Shown here: positions 36,395 to 49,232 of the stretch, piece after piece
Layout: every line of letters begins with the position of its first letter
Position numbering within the stretch: position 1 is the first letter of the stretch
NCBI RefSeq assembly: GCF_902713615.1
Contig: NC_052174.1
Location: 12,704,514 to 12,768,513, forward strand
Reading direction: 5' to 3'
DNA: 64,000 nt
From: Scyliorhinus canicula
Lineage: Eukaryota
Made by a program: the position numbers and the translations under genes
Notes under the pieces: model-generated
Database searches by the model: none
What the model was told of the DNA's origin: nothing
Seen by the model: the letters and a program-made list of their open reading frames with translations, nothing else

Positions 36395-37800
36395 GAAAAT
36401 GTGGGACTCGCTCTTACGGGGGAGTGGGGAGAATGTGGGACTCGCTCTTACGGGGGAGTGGGGAGAATGTGGGACTGTCTCCCACAGGGAGTGGGAGAAT
36501 GTGGGACTCGCTCCCACGGGGAGTGGGGAGAATGTGGGACTCGCTCCCACGGGGAGTGGGGAGAATGTGGGACTCGCTCCCACGGGGAGTGGGGGAGAAT
36601 GTGGGACTCGCTCCCACAGGGAGTGGGAGAATGTGGGACTCGCTCCCACGGGGAGTGGGGGAGAATGTGGGACTCGCTCCCACGGGGAGTGGGGTGAATG
36701 TGGGACTCGCTCTTACGGGGAGTGGGGAGAATGTGGGACTCGCTCCCGCGGGGAGTGGGGAGAATGTGGGACTCGCTCCCATAGGGAGTGGGGAGAATGT
36801 GGGACTCACTCCCACAGGGGAGTGGGGAGAATGTGGGACTCGCTCCCACGGGGAGTGGGGGAGAATGTGGGACTCGCTCCCACGGGGAGTGGGGTGAATG
36901 TGGGACTCGCTCTTACGGGGAGTGGGGAGAATGTGGGACTCGCTCCCGCGGGGAGTGGGGAGAATGTGGGACTCGCTCCCATAGGGAGTGGGGAGAATGT
37001 GGGACTCACTCCCACAGGGGAGTGGGGAGAATGTGGGACTCGCTCCCACGGGGAGTGGGGAGAATGTGGGATTCGCTCCCACGGGGAGTGGGGAGAATGT
37101 GGGACTCGCTCCCACGTGGAGTGGGGAGAATGTGGGACTCACTCCCACGGGGAGTGGGGAGAATGTGGGACTCGCTCCCACGGGGAGTGGCGAGAATGTG
37201 GGACTCGCTCCCACAGGGGAGTGGGGAGAATGTGGGACTCACTCCCACGGGGAGTGGGGTGAATGTGGGACTCGCTCCCATGGGGAGTGGGGAGAATGTG
37301 GGACTCGCTCCCGCGGGGAGTGGGGAGAATGTGGGACTCGCTCCCATAGGGAGTGGGGAGAATGTGGGACTCACTCCCACAGGGGAGTGGGGAGAATGTG
37401 GGACTCGCTCCCACGGGGAGTGGGGAGAATGTGGGATTCGCTCCCACGGGGAGTGGGGAGAATGTGGGACTCGCTCCCACGTGGAGTGGGGAGAATGTGG
37501 GACTCACTCCCACGGGGAGTGGGGAGAATGTGGGACTCGCTCCCACGGGGAGTGGCGAGAATGTGGGACTCGCTCCCACAGGGGAGTGGGGAGAATGTGG
37601 GACTCACTCCCACGGGGAGTGGGGTGAATGTGGGACTCGCTCCCATGGGGAGTGGGGAGAATGTGGAACTCGATCCCGCAGGGTGTGGGGAGAATGTGGA
37701 ACTCGCTCCCACAGGGAGTGGGGAGAATGTGGCATTCGCTCCCACGGGGAGTGGGGAGAATGTGGGACTCTCTCCCACAGGGAGAGGGGAGAATGTGGTT
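36395..37800 (+). repeat. 33-bp G-rich minisatellite (GGGGAGTGGGGAGAATGTGGGACTCGCTCCCAC), CR1-derived
   Basis: ~42 units, contiguous with a CR1 ORF2 3' remnant at ~36330-36410. Confidence 0.95.
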
Positions 37801-37859
37801 TACAGTGATTTCAGATTTAATTCCTGGGACATGTGCGACTGGTGTGTTTTATCTTTCAG

Positions 37860-38077
37860 TTTTGGAAGAACTGGAGACCCTGAATCGATTCCACGTGAAA
37901 TCTCTCCACGAGATTCAGAAAGTGAAGCTGAGGGAGATGGAGGAGGAGGCGGGGATGGAGGATGGAGGATGGAGGAGGAGGCGGGGATGGAGGATGGAGG
38001 AGGAGGAGGCGGGGATGGAGGATGGAGGAGGAGCCGGTGAATACATGATTGACAGCAGCCTATCCAACAGCGAGTGA
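37860..38077 (+). CDS. Uncharacterised protein, probable last coding exon (LEELETLNRFHVKSLHEIQKVKLRE...SSLSNSE*)
   Basis: atctttcag| acceptor, phase 1. The true 3' end is uncertain because of a repeat-derived tail and a possible donor near 38036. Confidence 0.65.
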
Positions 38078-38249
38078 CTGGCAGACAATCCCCAAAACCC
38101 TGGAACAAATCCGATCAGGACTAGTGAAGGCCGGTAGACGACAAGGATAGAGGGAGGGAGGGGAAAGGGGGCATGGTGTCGGGAGCGGGAATTGATTCTC
38201 ATCTGATGAATGTCGGTATTGTGTGCAGGGAGGGGGGTGGGGCACTCCC

Positions 38250-39212
38250 TAACTGAGGGGTAGGAGATGGAGGGCTGACTGATTGAGGGGTAGGAGATGG
38301 AGGGCTGACTGACTGAGGGAGGGGGATGGAGGGCTGACTGACTGAGGGAGGGGAGATGGAGGGCTGACTGATTGAGGGAGGGGAGATGGAGGGCTGACTG
38401 ATTGAGGGAGGGGAGATGGAGGGCTGACTGATTGAGGGGTAGGAGATGGAGGGCTGACTGACTGAGGGAGGGGAGATGGAGGGCTGACTGACTGAGGGAG
38501 GGGGATGGAGGGCTGACTGATTGAGGGAGGGGGATGGAGGGCTGACTGATTGAGGGAGGGGAGATGGAGGGCTGACTGATTGAGGGGTAGGAGATGGAGG
38601 GCTGACTGACTGAGGGAGGGGGATGGAGGGCTGACTGACTGAGGGAGGGGAGATGGAGGGCTGACTGATTGAGGGAGAGGAGATGGAGGGCTGACTGATT
38701 GAGGGAGGGGGATGGAGGGCTGACTGATTGAGGGGTGGGAAACGGAGGACTGAGTGATTGAGGGATGGGAGATGGAGGGCTGACTGATTGAGGGGTGGGA
38801 GATGGAGGGAGAGACTGACAGAGGGAGGGGAGATGGAGGGCTGAGTGATTGAGGGATGGAAGATGGAGGGCAAGTTTGACTGAGAGATGGGAGATGGAGG
38901 GCTGACTGAGGGATGGGAGATGGCGGGAGGGACAGAGCGAGGGATGGGAGATGGAAGGAGGTACAGAGCGAGGGATGGGAGATGGAGGGAGGGACAGAGC
39001 GAGGGATGGGAGATGGAAGGAGGGACAGAGCGAGGGACGGGAGATGGAAGGAGGGACAGAGCGAGGGATGGGAGATGGAAGGAGGGACAGAGCGAGGGAT
39101 GGGAGATGGAAGGAGGGACAGAGCGAGGGACGGGAGATGGAAGGAGGGACAGAGCGAGGGACGGGAGATGGAGGGAGGGACAGAGCGAGGGACGGGAGAT
39201 GGAGGGAGGGCC
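38250..39212. repeat. Two adjacent purine-rich ~30-bp minisatellites (GGAGATGGAGGGCTGACTGATTGAGG.. then GGAGATGGAAGGAGGGACAGAGCGAGG..)
   Basis: Tandem repetition with a shared GGAGATGGA core. Confidence 0.92.
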
Positions 39213-41067
39213 ACCTTGTTGAATTGTGAAACATTATGAATGAAAATCAATGTCTGATCAGGAATGAGCTCCTCGGAGAAGCCTGACGGTCTGAGCTGGT
39301 CTCAAAGTTCAGTCCCGGGTGGGGAAGGGTGAAAATGTGCACATGCCACTTCCCACACCCTCCCCCTGACCCACGGTGCGCCCTTTCCTGCGTGTGTGCA
39401 CATTCCCAGTCAGCACTCCGGTCTTCTCGAACCTGTGATAATAAAGATCCTCACCATATTCAGGGCGAGGGCTACTTGTATCTGGGCAGCCGATCTTCTT
39501 TGCTTCATTTCCTCAAAACCCAAGAATCGAAAGCAGGGAGCTCGGGGGTGAATCGAGAGATTATGGAGCTAATGCGCACGGGAGATCGCGACCGGCTACG
39601 ATCCTCTGCCACAATTCCTTCCGAATCCCCGTCTGTCAGCTTTGAATTGAGGAGCTTCCTTCGGAGGGGCAGTAAAGAGTCAACCCCATTAGCTGTGGGT
39701 CTGGAGTCACATGTAGGCCCGGCCGGGTAAGGACGACTGATTTCCTTCCCTAAAGGGACATTAGTCGCCATCGCTGAGACTAGCTTTGAATTCCAGATTT
39801 ATTTGAATTTATCAATTTGTTTTGTGATTAATTAACTGAATTCAAATTCCACCAGCTGCCGTGGTGATTCAAACCCTCCCGTGCTCTGGATTAATAGCCC
39901 AGTGACGTTACCACAGTGCCACAGTCTCCCATAAACGGGCAGATTACAGTCCCTACTCAACCCGCCAACACTGGGAAAACGCAGAACAAAATGGCCGCTG
40001 TTCGACCTGAGGCGACAATCGGGGCAGCACCCACTGAACAATCCTGAGTACTCCAATGGCTACACTAACCACCAGAGTAAGGTAACCAGTCGAGCTCGCG
40101 ACTTGGCTCATTTACCCTCGCCGGAAGCGGCCTTTTTTGAAATTTGGCACCCGGCCTGCAGACCGCCATTTTTCAGCAATATTTCTTCCAGAATAGCGGA
40201 GCAGGCCCGGCGGGCTGAGTGGTCTGCTCCTGGTCCCATCCCCTTGCGTAAGCTCGTTCAAGTGAGAGGTTCACAATCTCTGGCCGCCTGTATTTGGACA
40301 GGTCCCCACAGCCGGTGCGAGCTGGGGTAGGAAACGTGACGGGCAATCTCTGCACGGCAAGATCCCGCAGACAGCAACGTGACAGTGGCCCAACTGATCT
40401 CCTTTAGCGATATCGGTTGAGGGGTAAATGAAGCCGAGGAAACCGGGGTATGATATCTTCAGGTTAAACGACAAAGGGTTTATTTTGGCAAACAAGATAA
40501 TGGCCACAAGGTGGTGTACAGCACCGAGGTCCCAGCCGGGAATGTGGGCCACGCCGATCTCAGTCCGGGCCGGCTCTTAAGTGCCTGGTTCAGGGGTCCC
40601 AGCCGTTTGGCCTCCACCCCTTTGGCTCGTGTCCCGTAATATCTTTGCTGAACAAAACTCTATCTCGGCTTTAAAATGGAACAACTGTTCCAGCTTCAAC
40701 TGCTGTTTGCGGGAGGGATTTGCAAACCTCTCCCAGCCTCTGAGTGAAGTTCTTCCCAACATCTCTCCTGAACAGTCTGGCCCTAATTTTTGCGACTCTG
40801 CTCCCCCCGAGTTTTAGACTCCCCAGCCAGTGGGAATAATTTATCTTCATCTACCCTGTTTTTCCCTGTTAATATCCTGAATACTGCGATCAGATCACCT
40901 TTTAACCTTCCAAATTCTAGGGAAAACAGGGCTAATTTGTATAATCTCTCCTCGTGACTTAACCCCTGTAATGCAGGTCCCATTTTTGCAAACCTATACT
41001 GCGTTAATCTGGGGCGGGTGCCCACAATCCTGGTGAAGGAAGAAGGATTTAGGGAGTGCTTTGAAGA

Positions 41068-41352
41068 AATAATAATCTTTATTATTGTCACAGACATTAA
41101 CACTGCAGTGAAGTTACTGTGAAAAGCCCCTAGTCGCCACATTCCAGCGCCTGTTCGGGTACACAGAGGGAGAATTCAGAATGTCCAATTCACGCAACAA
41201 GCACGTCTTTCGGGACTTGTGGGAGGAAAGCGGAGTAAACCCACGCAGACACGGGGAGAACGTGCAGACTCCGCACAGACAGCGACCCAGCCGGGAATCG
41301 AACCTGGGACCCTGGAGCTGTGAAGCATTTATGCTAACCACCATGCTACCGG
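41068..41352 (-). mobile_element. SINE with the same alternative tail as the ~17117-17422 copy
   Basis: tRNA-like head, core, tail ending in ATT repeats. Confidence 0.88.
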
Positions 41353-42627
41353 TGAGCGAACACAAGGGTGTCAGACGACGAATGAGATTCGGCGCGAGTT
41401 ACAGCGGGTGACCTCACGTTTACAGAGGATGGATGTCCGGCCAGGAATGGATTGGGTTAATCAAATCGGGAGTAACAGGCGTGCAGGAGAGGTTCAACAC
41501 CAACCCGACTGGGGAAATATAGCGGCCGTTCCTTCCCTGTCGCTGGGGGCAAAATCCTGGAGCTCCCTCCCTAACAGCACGGCGGGTGTGCCTACACCAC
41601 ACGGACTACAGCGGCTCAAGACGGGGCAGTTAGGATTGGACAGTAAATGCGATGTTCACGTCCCCAAAATGAATTGTGACAAAGATTTGCCTGAAAAGGG
41701 TTTGCCCCGAATTCTGCGGTGCGTTTAATCTCCCGCGCCCGCTGACTGACTGAACCGTGCCCGTTGTGATGGAGTTTTAAATAAACCGTCCGTGCCGGCT
41801 TTGGGCAGCAGAGCTGACAGCAGGTTATCGGTGACCATTCATTTGCTGAGCGTACGTTAATGATACCTGATCTACAGTCAATACCACAGTACGGAATAGG
41901 GCCTGGGGAGAGGGGGAGCAGGTGCCCAGTGAATGTGGGATCAATGGCCTCGACATGAATCCAGCGGCAAGACATTTGGGGTGATCAGCGAGAGAGGCCA
42001 CAGCACAGGCAGCAATTTCAGCGTGCAATGCTGAATAAAAGGGCAGCCTTTTCCTGTCTCGTCGTCAACAATTGCCAGAACTACTCCCGCAGTCATTGAG
42101 TGTGACAGTCCCCACCCAGGACTGCTCTGTCAGAGATAAGACGTTTACTTTAACATTCTCTTATCGTGCTGGTGTATTTGCGAGCCATTCCCTCTGTTCA
42201 ATGTCAGCGCTTGCTGCCTTGCAGAGCACACTCGGCAGCGACAACCCTCCTCCCATCTCCCTCCTCGAACGAGACTCCACAGGCCTCCTCCAGGGCTGTG
42301 CCACCCCGCGTTACAATCCTCTCCTGAGGCTGACTGGCGCTGGCTCGATTCGCAGCTTCCAGAATCATAGACTCCTTACAGTGTAGTAAGAGGCCGTTCG
42401 GCCCGGGAGCCTGGTGTCAGGCCCACGGACAACATGGTCGAAACCAGTGGGGCGATTAACTGTGCCTCTAACACAGTTCATCCAGGGTTAATCAGACAGT
42501 AATGTAACACCGATTGCCGTCAGGACGTGTAGGGACAGGTTACTCGCAGCTTGGCGAAGGTTTTAAGCAGCATTGAGCTAGGAGGGCAGAGAGGGGTTAG
42601 TGAGGGATTCCTGAGCTGACGGCCCAG

Positions 42628-43415
42628 TCACACACACACACAGACAGACACAAACACACACACACACAGTCAGACACAAACACACACAGACAGACACACA
42701 CACACACACACGCAGACATACACAGACNNNNNNNNNNNNNNNNNNNNNNNNNNNNNNNNNNNNNNNNNNNNNNNNNNNNNNNNNNNNNNNNNNNNNNNNN
42801 NNNNNNNNNNNNNNNNNNNNNNNNNNNNNNNNNNNNNNNNNNNNNNNNNNNNNNNNNNNNNNNNNNNNNNNNNNNNNNNNNNNNNNNNNNNNNNNNNNNN
42901 NNNNNNNNNNNNNNNNNNNNNNNNNNNNNNNNNNNNNNNNNNNNNNNNNNNNNNNNNNNNNNNNNNNNNNNNNNNNNNNNNNNNNNNNNNNNNNNNNNNN
43001 NNNNNNNNNNNNNNNNNNNNNNNNNNNNNNNNNNNNNNNNNNNNNNNNNNNNNNNNNNNNNNNNNNNNNNNNNNNNNNNNNNNNNNNNNNNNNNNNNNNN
43101 NNNNNNNNNNNNNNNNNNNNNNNNNNNNNNNNNNNNNNNNNNNNNNNNNNNACAGACACACATACACAGTGACACACACACAGACANNNNNNNNNNNNNN
43201 NNNNNNNNNNNNNNNNNNNNNNNNNNNNNNNNNNNNNNNNNNNNNNNNNNNNNNNNNNNNNNNNNNNNNNNNNNNNNNNNNNNNNNNNNNNNNNNNNNNN
43301 NNNNNNNNNNNNNNNNNNNNNAGACACACACTGACACAGAAATACACACACACAGACGTACACACAAAGACACATACACTGACCCACACACTGACACACA
43401 GACACACTCTGACAC
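42628..43415. repeat. (CA)n-rich microsatellite with assembly gaps
   Basis: CA/GACA runs flanking N tracts. Confidence 0.85.
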
Positions 43416-44656
43416 GCAGCTCACCCAGAAAGGAAACACCACCACCCACCTCGCCCACTGAAGACCGGGTGTTACCCTGGAGTGCTGGGCATTGAGGCCC
43501 CCTCCCCTCCCGCCCTGTGTTAAACCCCCTCACGACCCCACCCTCCCTCCACTCCGCAGCCCCATGCCAAACACAAACTAGATGCCAATCACCCTCCTCA
43601 GTTCCACAGGAACACGGCCAACACCTGCAGGCTAGGTGGCAGAGCCTGAGTGTGCCACCCAGAGATTATGGGGTGATGATGGTGCAGTGGGACCGTCACT
43701 GGACTGCCAATCCAAAGGGCCCAGGACAAACCTCCGGGGGGGGGGGGGGGGGGGGGGTCAGGGGTCAGGGGTTCAAACCTCACCAAAAACAGCTGGCGGG
43801 AGTTAAACTCAATAAATCTGATTGGTTAAATAAAATCTGGAACGGGACAACACGTCTCCATAACGACGAGCGCGTCGGCCATTGTGAAAACCCATCTGGC
43901 GGAAATCCCGGCCTGGCCTACGGGTGGCCAACGCGGTTGGCGCTTAAATGATGTCAAGGGGCAACGAGGGAGGGGCGCAAATCCTGGCCTTGCCGGAGAG
44001 TCCCACGTCCAACACACAAATAAACCTCTCCAAATGTAGATGACGGCCCTCTTCACTCTGGCTTCCTGTGAACACAAGATCGTTGGTTCAACCCAAAATA
44101 CTGTAAACACAAGATGAGGTCAAGCATTACATTTGTTGGAACAGAATATCGCTCCTTATTTGGCCTGTGGGCAGGCACAGCATCTTCAAATTTCACAACT
44201 GAGTTGGCAGGAATACAAAATGCTTCGGGTGACCAGAGGTGCTGACCCTCCGTTTTCCGCCCGTTCTCCTGTCCCCTCCATCAGGGGCCACGCCAACGTT
44301 TGAGCGACCCAGGCAAGGTGAGGGGCTGACCTCCCAGCACCCGGGAAACCCGCTCGACAAACCGGAGATGTTTGCACACTTCTCCAGCCGTGCTGCCGGC
44401 TGTGGGTCATTGAAAACAAGGAACGAGCATGGAGCAAAAAACATAAACAGAGAGACACAATGCCTCAGGAAAGGAGGCCGGGAATAATGTCAGGACATAA
44501 AGTTATCTTAGATATAACAATGGCCCCAACCGCCAGGTAAACAGCCCACCAAATAGGATCAAAGGGAGTATTTACCCTGGGCCATTCAGACAGATAACGG
44601 GAGAGGCAACCATTCGCTCGGGCAAAGTCATCAATTTGTGGAGTACCTTAAATCAC

Positions 44657-45018
44657 AAGAGAGGGAGAGGGAGAGCAAGAGAGAGGGAGAGAGAGACAGA
44701 GGGCGAGAGAGAGCGAGGGAGGGANNNNNNNNNNNNNNNNNNNNNNNNNNNNNNNNNNNNNNNNNNNNNNNNNNNNNNNNNNNNNNNNNNNNNNNNNNNN
44801 NNNNNNNNNNNNNNNNNNNNNNNNNNNNNNNNNNNNNNNNNNNNNNNNNNNNNNNNNNNNNNNNNNNNNNNNNNNNNNNNNNNNNNNNNNNNNNNNNNNN
44901 NNNGGAATGAGTGAGAGAGGGGGAGAGGGAGGGAGAGAGAGAGAGACAGAGAGAGAGGGAGGGGGAGAGAGGGAATGAGAGGGAGAGAGAGGGAATGAGA
45001 GAGAGAGGGAGAGGGAAT
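44657..45018. repeat. (GA)n-rich microsatellite with assembly gaps
   Basis: GA/GGA runs flanking N tracts. Confidence 0.85.
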
Positions 45019-45289
45019 NNNNNNNNNNNNNNNNNNNNNNNNNNNNNNNNNNNNNNNNNNNNNNNNNNNNNNNNNNNNNNNNNNNNNNNNNNNNNNNNNN
45101 NNNNNNNNNNNNNNNNNNNNNNNNNNNNNNNNNNNNNNNNNNNNNNNNNNNNNNNNNNNNNNNNNATCTCATGGCCCCAGGCAGCTGAAGGCATGGCCGC
45201 CAATGGCGGAATGCTGGGTATTGGGGAATGCTGAAGAAGACAGATTCGGAGGGACGTAAGGATCTCGGAGGGCGGTGGGGACTTTGGAG

Positions 45290-48200
45290 TTTACAGAGAT
45301 AGGGAGGGGGTGTAGGGGCTGGAGGAGGATACAGAGATAGGGAGGGGTGTAGGGGCTGGAGGAGGTTACAGAGATAGGGAGGGGTGTAGGGGCTGGAGGA
45401 GGATACAGAGATAGGGAGGGGTGTAGGGGCTGGAGGAGGTTACAGAGATAGGGCGGGTTGTAGGGGCTGGAGGAGGTTACAGAGATAGGGAGGGGTGTAG
45501 GGGCTGGAGGAGGTTACAGAGATAGGGAAGGGTGTAGGGGCTGGAGGAGGTTACAGAGATAGGGAGGGGTGTAAGGGCTGGAGGAGGTTACAGAGATAGG
45601 GAGGGGGTGTAGGGGAGGGAGGAGGTTACAGAGATAGGGAGGGGTGTGTAGTGGCTGGAGGAGGTTACAGAGATAGGGAGGGGTGTAGGGGCTGGAGGAG
45701 GTTACAGAGATAGGGAGGGAGTAGGGCTGGAGGAGGTTACAGAGATATGGAGGGGTTGTAGGGGCTGGAGGAGGTTACAGAGATAGGGAGGGGTGTAGGG
45801 GCTGGAGGAGGTTACAGAGATAGGGAGGGGTGTAGGGACTGGAGGAGGTTACAGAGATAGGGAGGGGGTGTAGGGGCTGGAGGAGGTTACAGAGATAGGG
45901 AGGGGGTGTAGGGGCTGGAGGAGGTTACAGAGATAGGGAGGGGTGTAGGGGCTGGAGGAGGTTACAGAGATAGGGAAGGGTGTAGGGGCTGGAGGAGGTT
46001 ACAGAGATAGGGAGGGGTGTAAGGGCTGGAGGAGGTTACAGAGATAGGGAGGGGGTGTAGGGGAGGGAGGAGGTTACAGAGATAGGGAGGGGTGTAGTGG
46101 CTGGAGGAGGTTACAGAGATAGGGAGGGGTGTAGGGGCTGGAGGAGGTTACAGAGATAGGGAGGGATGTAGGGCTGGAGGAGGTTACAGAGATATGGAGG
46201 GGTTGTAGGGGCTGGAGGAGGTTACAGAGATAGGGAGGGGTGTAGGGGCTGGAGGAGGTTACAGAGATAGGGAGGGGTGTAGGGACTGGAGGAGGTTACA
46301 GAGATAGGGAGGGGGTGTAGGGGCTGGAGGAGGTTACAGAGATAGGGAGGGGGTGTAGGGGCTGGAGGAGGTTACAGAGATAGGGAGGGTTGTAGGGGCT
46401 GGAGGAGGTTACAGAGATAGGGAGGGTTGTAGGGGCTGGAGGAGGTTACAGAGATAGGGAGGGGTGTAGGGACTGGAGGAGGTTACAGAGATAGGGAGGG
46501 GTTGTAGGGGCTGGAGGAGGTTACATACATAGGGAGGGTTGTAGTGGCTGGAGGAGGTTACAGATATAGGGAGGGGTGTAGTGGCTGGAGGAGGTTACAG
46601 AGGTAGGGAGGGAAGGGGTGTAGGGGGCTGAGAGGAGTTTCAGAGATAGGGAGGGGTGGTAGGGGGCTGGAGGAGGGTTCAGAGATAAGGAGGGGTGTAG
46701 GTGGCTGGAGGAGGTTACAGGAGATAGGGAGGGGTGTAGGGGGCTGGAGGAGGTTAAAGAGATAGGGAGGGGTGTAGGGGCTGGAGGAGGTACCAGAGAT
46801 AGGGAGGGGTGTAGGGGCATGGAGGAGGTTACAGAGATAGGGAGGGTGTAGGGGCTGGAGGAGGTTACAGAGATAGGGAGGGTGTGTGGGGCTGGAGGAG
46901 GGTTACAGAGATAGGGAGGGGTGTAGGGGGCTGGAGGAGGGTTACAGAGATAGGGAGGGGTGTAGGGGCTGGAGGAGGTTACAGAGATAGGGAGGGGTGT
47001 AGGGGCTGGAGGAGTTACCGAGATAGGGAGGGGTGTAGGGGCTGGAGGAGGTTACAGAGATAGGGAGGGGTGTAGGGGACTGGAGGAGGTTACAGAGATA
47101 GGAGGGGGTGTAGGGGACTGGAGGAGTTACAGAGATAGGGAGGGGGTTTGTAGGGGGCTGGAGGAGGTTTACAGAGATACGGGAGGGGGTTGTAGGGGCT
47201 GGAGGAGGTTTACAGAGATAGGGAGGGTTGTAGGGGCTGGAGGAGGTTACAGAGAAGGGAGGGTTGTAGGGGCTGGAGGAGGTTACAGAGCTAGGGAGGG
47301 GTGTAGGGACTGGCGGAGGTTACAGAGATAGGGAGGGGTGTAGGGGCTGGAGGAGGTTACATACATAGGGAGGGTTGTAGTGGCTGGAGGAGGTTACAGA
47401 TATAGGGAGGGGTGTAGGCTGGAGGAGGTTACAGAGGTAGGGAGGAGATAGGGAGGGGTGTAGGGCCTGGAGGAGGTTACAGAGATAGGGAGGGTTGTAG
47501 GGGCTGGAAGAGGTTTCAGAGATAAGGAGGGTTGTAGTGACTGGAGGAAGTAACAGTGATAGGGAGGGGTGTAGGGGCTGGAGGAGGTTACAGAGATAGG
47601 GAGGGTTGTAGGGGCTGGAGGAGGTTACAGAGATAGGGAGGGGTGTAGGGCCTGAAGGAGGTTACAGAGATAGGGAGGGTTGTAGTGACTGGAGGAGGTA
47701 ACAGAGATAGGGGGGGTGGTAGGGGCTGGAGGAGGTTACAGAGATAGGGAGGGGTAGGGGCTGGAGGAGGTTACAGAGATAGGGAGGGATGTAGGGGCTG
47801 TAGGAGGTTACAGAGATAGAGAGGGGTGTAGGAGCTGGAGGAGGGTACAGAGATAGGGAGGGTTGTAGGGGCTGGAGGAGGTTACAGAGATAGGGAGGGT
47901 TGTAGGGGCTGGAGGAGGTTACAGAGATAAGGAGGGTTGTAGTGACTGGAGGAAGTAACAGTGATAGGGAGGGGTGTAGGGGCTGGAGGAGGTTACAGAG
48001 ATAGGGAGGGTTGTAGGGGCTGGAGAAGGTTACAGAGATAGGGAGGGTTGTGCGGGCTGGAGGAGGTTACAGAGACAGGGAGGGGTGGAGGGGCTAGAGG
48101 AGGTTACAGAGAGGGAGAGTTGTAGGGGCTGGAGGCGGGCACAGAGAAAGGGAGGATTGTAGGGGCTGGAGGAAATTACTGATAGGGAGGGTTGTAGGGG

Positions 48201-49232
48201 CTGGAGGTGGTTACAGAGATAGGGAGGGTTGTAGTGACTGGAGGAAGTAACAGTGATAGGGAGGGGTTGTAGGGACTGGAGGAGGTTACAGAGATAGGGA
48301 GGGGGTGTAGGGGCTGGAGGAGGGTACAGAGATAGGGAGGGTTGTAGGGGCTGGAGGAGGTTACAGAGATAGGGAGGGTTGTAGGGGCTGGAGGAGGTTA
48401 CAGAGATAAGGAGGGTTGTAGTGACTGGAGGAAGTAACAGTGATAGGGAGGGGTGTAGGGACTGGAGGAGGTTACAGAGATAGGGAGGGGGTGTAGGGGC
48501 TGGAGGAGGGTACAGAGATAGGGAGGGTTTGTAGGGGCTGGAGGAGGTTACAGAGATAGGGAGGGTTGTAGGGGCTGGAGGAGGTTACAGAGATAAGGAG
48601 GGTTGTAGTGACTGGAGGAAGTAACAGTGATAGGGAGGGGTGTAGGGGCTGGAGGAGGTTACAGAGATAGGGAGGGTTGTAGGGGCTGGAGAAGGTTACA
48701 GAGATAGGGAGGGTTGTGCGGGCTGGAGGAGGTTACAGAGACAGGGAGGGGTGGAGGGGCTAGAGGAGGTTACAGAGAGGGAGAGTTGTAGGGGCTGGAG
48801 GCGGGCACAGAGAAAGGGAGGATTGTAGGGGCTGGAGGAAATTACTGATAGGGAGGGTTGTAGGGGCTGGAGGTGGTTACAGAGATAGGGAGGGTTGTAG
48901 GGGCTGGAGGAGGTTAGAGATAGGGAGGATTGTAGGGGCTGGAGGCGGTCACAGAGATAGGGAGGGTTGTAGAGGTTGGAGGAGGGTACAGAGATAGGGA
49001 CGGTTGTAGAGGTTGGAGGAGGGTACAGAGATAGGGAGGGTTGAAGAGGTTGGAGGAGGGTACAGAGATAGGGAGGATTGTAGGGGCTGGAGGAGGTTAC
49101 AGAGATAGGGAGGGTTGTAGAGGTTGGAGGTGGTTACAGAGATAGGGAGGGTTGTAGAGGTTGGAGGAGGGTACAGAGATAGGGAGGGTTGTAGAGGTTG
49201 GAGGAGTGTACAGAGATAGGGAGGGGGTTTGT
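45290..49232. repeat. ~37-bp minisatellite (GGAGGAGGTTACAGAGATAGGGAGGGGTGTAGGGGCT), ~3.9 kb
   Basis: ~105 units. Confidence 0.97.

Noticed and set aside
39940-40081. Possible further exon of the unknown gene (donor AAG|gtaacc)
   Set aside because: No convincing acceptor or frame link to the preceding exon.
42578-45234. ORFs spanning N runs (also 22165-22608)
   Set aside because: Artefacts of assembly gaps and microsatellites.
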